64,000 bases of DNA from Candidatus Hydrogenedentota bacterium (lineage in GTDB: Bacteria > Hydrogenedentota > Hydrogenedentia > Hydrogenedentales > SLHB01), in the NCBI GenBank assembly GCA_963674865.2, contig CAXXYE010000009.1, forward strand, positions 672,001 through 736,000, written 5' to 3'. The first letter of the stretch is position 1. Every line of letters starts with the position of its first letter. Of this stretch, positions 1 through 8,577 are shown piece by piece. The translations under genes and the position numbers were made by a program. The notes under the pieces are model-generated. The model did not search any database. It was not told the DNA's origin and saw nothing but the letters and a program-made list of their open reading frames with translations.

Positions 1-257
1 TGATGTGGGCAGGAAAAAGTGCAGGTTTCAAGGCCCAGAATCGATTTTCCACCCCACGTAGTATGATGCCTTCCCGTGCCTCCGTTCGTCGATTCTTGAA
101 GCCGTTTGATGGGGTAGAGCGACAATTCTGAGGGCTGGTTTTCGACTTGTGCCGCTTCTGAAGGCGTCGGGAACGCTGTCCCGCATTGGGCTTGCTATGA
201 AGCCTTTTCAGACGCTGCCACTACCCGCCTGCATGCTTCTTCTGAGTCTTAAGACCT

Positions 258-324
258 TTGCCGTGGTACAACAAACGTAGTCGTTCGGCGCCGTCGAACG
301 TTACCGATAGCGTTTCAAGCACTT
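258..324 (+). repeat. Left copy of a degenerate ~67-bp direct repeat containing an att-like core (CGTTCG-GCGCCGT-CGAACG)
   Basis: Aligns with 2873-2940 with one gap. GTTCGGCGCCGT is identical at 283-294 and 2899-2910. A 6-bp inverted repeat (282-287/295-300) flanks a 7-bp spacer. Confidence 0.6.
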
Positions 325-441
325 ACCCGCTGTCTGCGCTTTCGTGATCCGTGGCCGTGTGGCATTTTGTGCGTCGTTTTTCGGCAGACATGGACCTCTT
401 TATCGAGGCGGAAGTATCAACCATCCGACCGCCTGCGGTCG

Positions 442-502
442 TCTGAACGGCCGGCGTCAGGATCGCGAATCTGCGAGCGTATCCTGGACGCCGTTGTTGG
501 GC
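442..502 (-). other. attC site (integron cassette recombination site), complete, 61 bp
   Basis: Minus strand reads GCCCAAC AACGGCGTCCAGGAT ACGCTCGCAGATTCGCG ATCCTGACGCCGGCC GTTCAGA: R'' (RYYYAAC), paired L boxes with an extra-helical base, and R' starting GTT. It overlaps the 3' end of the methyltransferase gene. Confidence 0.9.
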
Positions 503-1071
503 GTCTTCTCGTATAGATACGTGAAATTGCCCGCTTCTCGTGGCTCTGCCCACACAGCAGTCATTCCATTGGCCGCAAGCAATTCCGTGTATCCAGCTTT
601 TCCCATGCTGAATTGATCGATCACATTGACGTGCGGCCCCACCGATCCCTTGCATTGGCCCGGTTCTTCGCCGCCAGTGAACATCAGTCGGCCGTTGGGG
701 TTGAGCAACTGAGCGGCGCGAGCGAGCGCGCTCGTTTGTCGGTCGACTGACAGATGACAGAGGGAGCCCCAACTGAAGATGAGATCCCAGCTTCCACCGA
801 TGCTCTCGAGATTCGACATGTCGAGAAGGCGGCGCTCTGCTTCCGGGACATTCTTCTGGAACACGGCCAGCATAGGCTCCGAGTTGTCGATCCCAAGGTA
901 CGTCGAAACCAAGGGGGCTACCCGAACTGCAATGGGGTGGCCGGTGCCACAACCCAGATCCATGACGCGTAGGCCCGCGCCCATTTCATGAACCACGTCA
1001 AGCACGACGCGAGCTCCCACTTCGCTCCGATACCGGTCATAGTCACTGCCGAGTTCGTCGTATACGCTCAT
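457..1071 (-). CDS. Class I SAM-dependent methyltransferase (integron cassette gene)
   Basis: 204 aa with motif I VMDLGCGTG, GIDNSEPML and WDLIFSWGSLCHL; followed by attC. Confidence 0.9.
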   Translation of the reverse strand: MSVYDELGSDYDRYRSEVGARVVLDVVHEMGAGLRVMDLGCGTGHPIAVRVAPLVSTYLGIDNSEPMLAVFQKNVPEAERRLLDMSNLESIGGSWDLIFSWGSLCHLSVDRQTSALARAAQLLNPNGRLMFTGGEEPGQCKGSVGPHVNVIDQFSMGKAGYTELLAANGMTAVWAEPREAGNFTYLYEKTPNNGVQDTLADSRS

Positions 1072-1079
1072 CTTCTGTT

Positions 1080-1155
1080 GCCAGCCGCCGATGACGTTTG
1101 TACGCCAGTCTGAGCGAAGCAGCTGCCTCCCGTCCGCTGCACCGCCTTGTTCGGC
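1080..1155 (-). other. Truncated attC (5' half only)
   Basis: Minus strand GCCGAAC AAGGCGGTGCAGCGGAC GGGAGGCAGCTGC...GGCGGCTGGC then runs into the 8 nt preceding the next ATG. No complementary L' box or GTT-containing R' is present. Confidence 0.7.
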
Positions 1156-1164
1156 GAGTCCATC

Positions 1165-1392
1165 TCAACCAACTTGATTCTTGTGCATTTCCGCAATTTG
1201 GTCTCGTAGCTCACGAATCTCACGCTGCATCCGGGACGTAGCTGCCCCCACGAAAAGAAAGCACATTGGCAGGAAGGCGAAAAAAGTGGGGCGCCACCAG
1301 CCTGCATCCGAGCCAACCGAGGCGAAGATCGCAGTAAGCGATATCAAGGCGCAGAAGGCCGCCGGAATCCAGTGGCTGACTGTTTGTCTCAT
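1165..1392 (-). CDS. Small two-TM membrane protein with C-terminal coiled coil (integron cassette gene)
   Basis: 75 aa with two hydrophobic segments, strong RBS GGGGAGGA, and a partial attC 10 nt after the stop. Confidence 0.8.
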   Translation of the reverse strand: MRQTVSHWIPAAFCALISLTAIFASVGSDAGWWRPTFFAFLPMCFLFVGAATSRMQREIRELRDQIAEMHKNQVG

Positions 1393-1449
1393 AAGTCATT
1401 CCTCCCCTGTTTGTTCGGTGTCAAGAATCTGGCTGTTACGCTCGATGGT

Positions 1450-1481
1450 GCCCTACAATAATTAGATTGACCCGCATAAGA
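1450..1481 (-). other. Putative attI site
   Basis: Minus strand TCTTATGCGGGTCAATCTAATTATTGTAGGGC lies between the intI stop and the first cassette. The core reads GTAGGGC instead of GTTRRRY. Confidence 0.45.
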
Positions 1482-1620
1482 CGCAGGGCTTGCTTTTCTA
1501 TCCGTATAGGGCGCTCTTGGATACGCCGCCCCAAATGCGTCAAGTTCTTGTTTCTCAATGTCTTACCGCCGGTCTCGCCATTTAGCTCAGCGTGTTATGC
1601 GGATCGGCATAAGACCACCC

Positions 1621-2628
1621 TCATAGACCGTCCATGGGGCTGCGGACTCCTTGGCCTCCTTTGTTCAACACGCGCGTGTAGATCATGGTCGTGCTGACGT
1701 TTTTGTGGCTCAGCAACTCCTGAATCGTGCGGATGTCATAGGCCGATTCCAGAAGATGCGTGGCAAACGAATGCCGGAAGGTATGGCAAGTGGCTCGCTT
1801 CGTCAATCCCGCCGCCGTAACGGCCTGGCGGACCGCTTTCTGAACCAGCGATTCGTCCACGTGATGCCGTCCCTGCTCACCGGTCTGCGAGTTCTTCCAC
1901 CGGTTTTCCCGGGGGAAGACCCACTGCCAGCGCCATTCCCTCGGTGCTTTCGGATACTTGCGGTCAAGGGCGTCGGGCAAGAGCACGCGGCCCCAGCCGT
2001 CGGCCAAGTCGCGTTCGTGGATCGCCTTGACGGATTTGAAATGCTCTTGCAGCGGGGCTTTGAGCGACTCGGGCAGCATGGCGATCCGGTCCTTGGCGCC
2101 CTTGCCGTCGCGCACCAGAATCTCGTTGCGAGAGAAATCGATATCCTGGACGCGCATGCGCAGGCATTCCATGAGGCGCAGACCCGCGCCGTACATCAAC
2201 GAGGCCATCAGCCATTTGTCGCCGGAGAGGTTCGCGAGCACGGCCTTGACTTCATCGCGGGTCATGACAACGGGTAACCGTTTGGGTTTGCGTGCGCGGA
2301 TGACCTCGCCCAGGTCGCCGATTTCGCGTCCGAGCACATGGCGATCAAGGAACAGCAGCGCGGACAGCGCCTGGTTCTGCGTCGAGGCGCTGACCTTCTC
2401 CTTGACCGCCCGATGAGTCAGGAAAGCGTTGACCTCGGGCTCGGCCATGTCCTTCGGATGGCGGACGTTGTGGAAGTAGATGAACCGCTTGACCCACTGG
2501 CAGTAGGTCTGCTCAGTTCGGCGACTATGGTGCCGGGAACTTAGCGTCTCGCGAAGCTGGTCGAGGAGTCTTGGTTGCCGATCCCGAAGAAGGACCACGG
2601 AGCAGTAGCCCACAGAACCCCGTTGCAC
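1621..2628 (-). CDS. intI: Integron integrase (start uncertain; several non-consensus residues)
   Basis: [27 protein letters not shown], the IntI-specific insertion ([22 protein letters not shown]), [21 protein letters not shown] and TTMIY. Confidence 0.95.
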   Translation of the reverse strand: MQRGSVGYCSVVLLRDRQPRLLDQLRETLSSRHHSRRTEQTYCQWVKRFIYFHNVRHPKDMAEPEVNAFLTHRAVKEKVSASTQNQALSALLFLDRHVLGREIGDLGEVIRARKPKRLPVVMTRDEVKAVLANLSGDKWLMASLMYGAGLRLMECLRMRVQDIDFSRNEILVRDGKGAKDRIAMLPESLKAPLQEHFKSVKAIHERDLADGWGRVLLPDALDRKYPKAPREWRWQWVFPRENRWKNSQTGEQGRHHVDESLVQKAVRQAVTAAGLTKRATCHTFRHSFATHLLESAYDIRTIQELLSHKNVSTTMIYTRVLNKGGQGVRSPMDGL

Positions 2629-2872
2629 GCCTTTCTTCAGCGCCGTGGCCCCATCTCAACCCTCCGAACACATTCACCGCATGAATTCGCCGCCATTGGA
2701 TGAGTCAGTATAGCATAGGGCCTCCTGATTCGGACTCCCGGGAAGTGTGTCGTTTCGTGTGTGGCACTTTCTTGGCGACCGGGCCGCTCACACGACGAAC
2801 CGGCCGATGAGCGGGAATGGGCTAACTCGTTGGCACTGAGGCAAGTAACGATGGGCCGCCAAGACACGCGAA

Positions 2873-2940
2873 TTGCCGGTGGTATCCCAAATGCAACAGT
2901 TCGGCGCCGTGAAACATTAACAGGACCATATTAGTCACTT
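2873..2940 (+). repeat. Right copy of the degenerate direct repeat / att-like core
   Basis: TTGCCGGTGGTA..CAAA....GTTCGGCGCCGT..AAC.TTA.C....CACTT matches 258-324 in register. Confidence 0.6.
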
Positions 2941-3013
2941 GTGTGATGGTGGCGCTTCCTTGACTTGACTTTGTTTGGCTCATTTGCGGGAAGCGGCATT
3001 GCTGTCACGCGAC

Positions 3014-3690
3014 TCAGGAGGGGCGGAATGCCTCGACAAGGGCGTTCATCGTCTCGCCGAACTGAATCATGTTGATCCGCTCGGATCCCGCGGCATCAAG
3101 AGACTTCCGGATCTCGTCAAACGTGTAACAGTTGCCGCCGGTGGTGCCCACGAGCATGTTGACGGCAAACAGCGCGCCGTCGCGGGGCTGGGTCCGGTCG
3201 GCGCTTAACACATGATCCCGAATGAGAATGCGTCCGCCGGGGACCAGCGCCCGGAAGACCTTCTTGTAAAGCTTGGTGTTTTGCTCTGGCCTGTTCTGGT
3301 GGATAATGGCCGATAGCGGGCCGAGGTCGTGGCCGGCGGGCAGTTCGTCCGCGTAGAAATCGCCGGCCGCGAGGGTGATGCGGTCCATCAGTCCGGTTTC
3401 GGGCAGGCGTTGGCGTGCAAGTTCGATGACGGTCGGTCGGTCGAAGATGGTCGCGCTCATGCGGAGATACTGTTTGAGGAACGCTTCGGCATACGTGCCG
3501 GTAGCGCCGCCGACGTCGAGCAACCGCTTCGACGCGCTGGCGTCCGCCTGTTCCGCTATCGCGTCCGCGGCATACCTGCCAACGGCATGCATAGCTCCGA
3601 CGAACGCCGCAAGGTCGCCTTTTTCCTCGAACACGGCCTCGGGCCCATGGACGTCGCTACGGCGCACGATGTCCGTGAGTTCCGACCACC
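3014..3690 (-). pseudogene. 5'-truncated O-methyltransferase (Methyltransf_2-like)
   Basis: LLDVGGATG, GDFYAD and LVPGGRILIRD motifs. The frame can be followed up to about WSELTDIV, but there is no N-terminal dimerisation domain and no convincing start or RBS. Confidence 0.65.
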
Positions 3691-3850
3691 CGTATCCTCT
3701 CCCAACATTGAGGCCCGTTCAACGGGCAAAGAGATCCCCCAAGAATCTGCCGCCGCTACTTCCACACGACCGTCACACAACATACGTAAAGAGCTTACAA
3801 CGAAGTGCCACTATTTCTTGGGGGAACTCCCTGCCTTGCTCTCATTCAAC

Positions 3851-6800
3851 TCAAGGGGTCATCTGTTTCACATCCAGGATGGCGGCCACGATGCGGGCGC
3901 GCGCTTCGTCGATGCGGGCGGACACTTCTTCGTAGACCACCACACTGTCCGGTGTAGGCACCAGCCGCTCTCCGGAGCTGCGAAGGGTCTCTTCCATTTT
4001 CACCGGCAAGTTGGTCAGGAGCTCGTTGGCCTCAGCAAGGCGCTCTTCGCTCACGCCACGCTCCCGGGCCTCCCGAATCGCCTCTCGGAGGAGGTAAAGG
4101 TATTCGTAGTCTTGAATGCCTTCACGGGTGGCTTCCCAGCGTTTGCTGGTGACCACGGCACCGGGGCCGGGGTAGACGGTGCAGAAATAGTCGCCGGAGG
4201 GATTGGGACCATCCCAGAGGTCCTGATTGGGGGCATGGTGTGAATAGGTGTACCACCCTGCGCCCGTGAAACTCTGATTCCACACATTCCAGAACCACCA
4301 CCGATAGTGGGCGAGCGTCGAGAGGGTCTTGGCCCGGCCTCGGGCATCATAGTTCCAGATCTCGCCACCCGTCGCCCGCGCCACCTTGAGAAATCCGTCG
4401 CGGAACCGGTCGAGCAATTGGTTCGATGGGCACCAGATATCCACCAGGTGCTTATAGAGTTCGAGGCTCTCGAAGGTGGTACCGCAGGTCGGATCGGTAT
4501 AGATAAGGATATTGGGGTCGGCCTCGCGTATGAGCTCGCCCATCTGGACCATCAGCAAGGTTGAGCTTGAAGTGGCCGCGGAGGGCTCGTCGCTTGGATA
4601 GAGGGCCCATCCTTCGTAGTCCAAGCCGAGCTCCTTCATATGGGCTACCCAGGCGCGGAGATAGGTCACATAAGCCTTGCGCCAGGGCTCGGAGAGCATC
4701 GGTTCGCCGGAGAGCATCGGCATGGGGTGCATGAAGAGGATGAAGCCGTGGGGGAAGAAGCGGCGTATAAGCCTATCGTGCTCAGTGAAATCCAGGTTGT
4801 CCACCAATTCTCCCTGAGCATTGCAGGTGGCTTTCGGGGCTTGGCCGAAATAGACCGTCGAACCGTGCTCGATCAGGTCCTCGAGGACATAGTCGTTCTC
4901 GATATCCAGGTCGCCTTTGGCCATAGGCCATAGGCACATCCGCAGGGGGTGCGGGCGCGGGAGGGCCAGGTCATGCACCGTGATGGCGATGGGCAGGGCG
5001 ATCTCGGTGGGGTCCGTCTCCACACTCTTCAGGCGGAGATGGGCCACATAGGTTCCGGGGGCAAGGTCCTTGGCATTGACCGTGATCCAGAGTTGGCTGG
5101 ATTCAAGCGAAGGGATACTCAGCAGGTGGGCTTCGTCGAGCCGAGGCAAGGCATCGGCCACCACTTCGCGGCGTAGGGCGGCGCTGGTCACCGCCTGCCG
5201 GAATTCGATGTATGGGCGCGCGGAAACCGTGGTGCCGTCGGGCTCTTCCATTTCGTCGCAGAGCGCGCGGACATGAAGAAACCGGTTGCTGAGATTGGTG
5301 AGGTTGAGGGCCAGCGAGCGGTATTCGCCGATGCATAGGAAAGCCTGCAAGCCCTCGATGGCATCGTCCGGCTCGGGCAAGCTTGCCTGGCCATCGAAAT
5401 GGGCCCAGGGGGAGCATCCCCAGGTGAAGAAGCTTCCCGAGGGGGCCAGGGCCGCCCCGGCGCGCACCAAGGTCCGCAGGCGCAAGGCGGATTCGCGCAG
5501 GTCGACCGCGCGAGCGGAGCGGCTGGCGGGCTCCATTCCATCCAAGGCGGAGAGAATCCCTTTGCAGGCGAGCAATTCCCGCTCCATGCAATCCGCGGCC
5601 ACCAGGTTATTCTCGCGCCATGAGATGAGTTGCGCCTCGATTTCGGGGAAGACCTCGGCGCTAAGGAAGTGCTTATCCCCCTCAAATCCGGCGAAGGAGA
5701 TCGTCCGGGTTTCGCCCGCAAGCTCCTTCATCGAATCCGGTTCAAGCAGGGCATAGGAGGTTCGATAGGCCCCCGGCTGGGTCGTCTGGAAGGTGATTGC
5801 CGTGCGCTCGCGGGCGCTCCCGATGTGCCGGACGCCTCGCTGCGCATGGCCGTCGGGACCTTCGATGGAAGCGACGAATGCGAGGCGGTCTTCTCCGGAA
5901 TTCGTCACATCAAAGCGCCAGGTGTTCGAACCTTCGAAAAGGCGGTTTTCGCCGACCTCCGCAACCGAGGCCTGGCTGGCGCCGGGCTCCCGGCGGGGGG
6001 CCGGGAGCGGGGGATAGGTCTTGGCGCCCGGAGCCATTCCGGTATGAGCACGATCGTTCATTAAACATAGGCGATTGTTCGGGTTTTCGCAGTAGGGCAC
6101 GGCGAGGGAAATCCAGGCCATGCCGGGCTGCCCCTCGGGGGCCCGCGCCGCAGTGGCGATCATATCCAGGTTCCCATCCCCATCGAAATCGCCCAGCATC
6201 GGGGTGGAGCGGACCGATACCGGCAAGGTATGGGCAACCAGGAGATCGCCCTTTGCATCAAGGATATTCAGGGCACGATTGCCGCCGCAGGCCAGCACCT
6301 CGAGGGTGGGATCACCGGCCACGTCGGCGAAGAGCATGCCCGATAAAAACATGCTGCCAGGGAGGTCGTGGGTCCAGCGGATGCCGCCATCGCCATAGCA
6401 ATAGAGCATGGCGGCTTTGCTGCCGAATACGATCTCGTCGCGACCGTCGTTATCGAGGTCGGCGCCCTGCACCGCCATGCTCACATGCATGCTGGTATCT
6501 TGGGCGAAGAAGATTTCGCGCTTCTGCAGGTCGATGCCGAAGAGGTGGTTCCAGCAGGTGCCGAGGTAGAGCTCGGGTACCTGATCCCCATTCGTATCGG
6601 CCAAAATCGGCGCGCTGGCGGGAAACATGCCATCGATGCAAAACATATCCCAGAGCCATTCGCCCTGAGCCGTGAGGGCATAGATGTGTTGGTCGTGCGA
6701 AGCGGCGATCACCTCTCGGCCGGGGGTATCGTAGATATCCGCAACGAGCACCGGGCCCATCTCGGTGCCATCGGCCGAGAAGCGCCAGCGCGGCCGGCCA

Positions 6801-7282
6801 TCGGAGGCGAAGCAGGAAATGGTACCCGAGGTATCGCAGGTCAGCACCTCCAGCGAACCGTCCTCGTCGAGGTCGGCAATGGCGGGGCAGGATTCCCCTT
6901 CCACCCCAGCCGGTGCCCGGCCCTTCCAGAGCACCTGGCCATCGGCATCGAGCGCAACGACATTCCCTTTGCTATCGACCCCCACGATATTCTCTCGACC
7001 ATCGCCATTGAGGTCCGCCACGGCCGGCGAGGGACCGACCGGCGGTTCCATGGGGTATTCCCAGACCCGGTTGCCTTGGAGATCAAACCGGACCACCCCG
7101 GTATCGCGCTCGGCAACGATGAAGCCCAAGGTTTGGCCGGTGGTTGGATCGATGAGCGCATTGGGCGCGGATAGGCCCCCCTTCGCCTCGGCCTTCCAGA
7201 CGATTTCGCAGGTGGGCTGCGCCATTGCGGTCGCCGCCAGAACCAAGCCGATGATTGTAGAGATGCCGATATGCTTGAGCAT
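3851..7282 (-). CDS. Secreted FG-GAP/PQQ beta-propeller plus glycoside-hydrolase-like domain (DUF4091/GH123-like C terminus)
   Basis: Signal peptide, RBS AGGAG, repeated ADLNGDG/ADLDEDG/GDFDGDG motifs, YPSDEP, and C-terminal SKRWEATREGIQDYEYL. Confidence 0.8.
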   Translation of the reverse strand: MLKHIGISTIIGLVLAATAMAQPTCEIVWKAEAKGGLSAPNALIDPTTGQTLGFIVAERDTGVVRFDLQGNRVWEYPMEPPVGPSPAVADLNGDGRENIVGVDSKGNVVALDADGQVLWKGRAPAGVEGESCPAIADLDEDGSLEVLTCDTSGTISCFASDGRPRWRFSADGTEMGPVLVADIYDTPGREVIAASHDQHIYALTAQGEWLWDMFCIDGMFPASAPILADTNGDQVPELYLGTCWNHLFGIDLQKREIFFAQDTSMHVSMAVQGADLDNDGRDEIVFGSKAAMLYCYGDGGIRWTHDLPGSMFLSGMLFADVAGDPTLEVLACGGNRALNILDAKGDLLVAHTLPVSVRSTPMLGDFDGDGNLDMIATAARAPEGQPGMAWISLAVPYCENPNNRLCLMNDRAHTGMAPGAKTYPPLPAPRREPGASQASVAEVGENRLFEGSNTWRFDVTNSGEDRLAFVASIEGPDGHAQRGVRHIGSARERTAITFQTTQPGAYRTSYALLEPDSMKELAGETRTISFAGFEGDKHFLSAEVFPEIEAQLISWRENNLVAADCMERELLACKGILSALDGMEPASRSARAVDLRESALRLRTLVRAGAALAPSGSFFTWGCSPWAHFDGQASLPEPDDAIEGLQAFLCIGEYRSLALNLTNLSNRFLHVRALCDEMEEPDGTTVSARPYIEFRQAVTSAALRREVVADALPRLDEAHLLSIPSLESSQLWITVNAKDLAPGTYVAHLRLKSVETDPTEIALPIAITVHDLALPRPHPLRMCLWPMAKGDLDIENDYVLEDLIEHGSTVYFGQAPKATCNAQGELVDNLDFTEHDRLIRRFFPHGFILFMHPMPMLSGEPMLSEPWRKAYVTYLRAWVAHMKELGLDYEGWALYPSDEPSAATSSSTLLMVQMGELIREADPNILIYTDPTCGTTFESLELYKHLVDIWCPSNQLLDRFRDGFLKVARATGGEIWNYDARGRAKTLSTLAHYRWWFWNVWNQSFTGAGWYTYSHHAPNQDLWDGPNPSGDYFCTVYPGPGAVVTSKRWEATREGIQDYEYLYLLREAIREARERGVSEERLAEANELLTNLPVKMEETLRSSGERLVPTPDSVVVYEEVSARIDEARARIVAAILDVKQMTP

Positions 7283-8009
7283 GGGTATTTCTCCTACATC
7301 CTATTAAGAAAGTGATAATAGAACAGCGGCATCTTACACCTGTTCTCTCGCGAGATCACCTGCCCCGATGGCTGGAATTCGTATCGTGGCTTTCATTCCA
7401 GCCGACATTTCCCATATGAAGCAGCCCGCGTCCATCACGAGCCGGTTTCCGACTGTGTTAGAAATATCTTGTAAGGTCAGGAAACTCAGTCGATGTGCAA
7501 CGTCGCCAATTCACTGGCATGTTGGCCACTTTGCTCATGGAATGTGGGCCGACTTGACGCGGTAGAGCAACAAGCCTCGTCACCTCGCGGAGCCTGTCGT
7601 TGCGCATTCGACGCACCTCTCCCCCACGCCCCTCTTGAATTCATCTCTCAAGAGTGTTACGCGGCCTCGCGATGGTCGTAGCTGAGCATCTAGGGGACGC
7701 GAAAATGTATCCAGGTTTGCTCGATTATGATTCTGAGCATGTCACTGGAATAATTTACGGCGGCGGCGACTATGGCGGAAATTCCAAATGATGAAGATCG
7801 GTGGCCCCTTAAGCCTCGTGCTTCTTCATGTTTAAGCGCAACCACCATCTATGTGCTTAGAAACCTGGGACCGATTCTAGGGGCTAATGCTCGCCATCGT
7901 CAGCCTCGATCCTGAATGCGTTGGCGACCCGGACCGATTGCGTCCATAAGACGGCAATGAGCGACTTCATTCAGGACCAGGCCAAGGCCGTCCTGCAGCT
8001 ATCGCGGTC

Positions 8010-8542
8010 CCGCCTACGCTTCAGGCCTGGCGAACCTTCATCAAGAACCACATACCAGACATGGTTGGCGTGGACTTTCTTGTCGCACGGACCATTCGAT
8101 TTCGGTTGCTGTTCTTGTTTATCATCATGAGTCACGCTTGGCGTCGCGTCGTTTACTTCAACGCAACGGCGAATCCCACGGCCGAATGGACAGCACAACA
8201 AAGCGTTGAGGCGTTCCCATGGGACACGGCGCCAAGATACATTCTTCGGGATCGAGACAGCATTTATGGAGATTGGTTTCGACAGCGTGTCAAGTCGATG
8301 GGCATCCAAGAGGTGCTGACCGCATACCATTGCCCTTGGCAAAATCCGTATGTTGAGCGACTCCGCAGAATCCTTCGGGGCTATTTCGAGTATTATCACG
8401 AGGACCGAACTCACTTGGGCCTTGGAAGGGGACGCCACTGGGGCGTCCGACGTCGAATCGACCATCGCCGTCCGCGAAACTGGTTGAGTTGCCCCCTCTG
8501 GGCGGGCTTCGCCACCGCTACGAGTGGGGCCAGGCCGCATGA
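8010..8542 (+). mobile_element. Degenerate DDE (integrase core, rve-type) transposase remnant, C-terminal part
   Basis: WRTFIKNH...VDF, PTAEWTAQQ, YILRDRDSIYG, PWQNPYVER and terminal LGGLRHRY. There appears to be an internal deletion after YVER and a frameshift. Confidence 0.85.
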
Positions 8543-8577
8543 ACGCTACACGATCTACTATTTGAAAGGCACAACCC

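Noticed and set aside
2851..2874. ATGGGCCGCCAAGACACGCGAATT as a reverse-complement tRNA 3' remnant
   Set aside because: The resemblance is too short and there is no proper T-arm (TTCRA) match.
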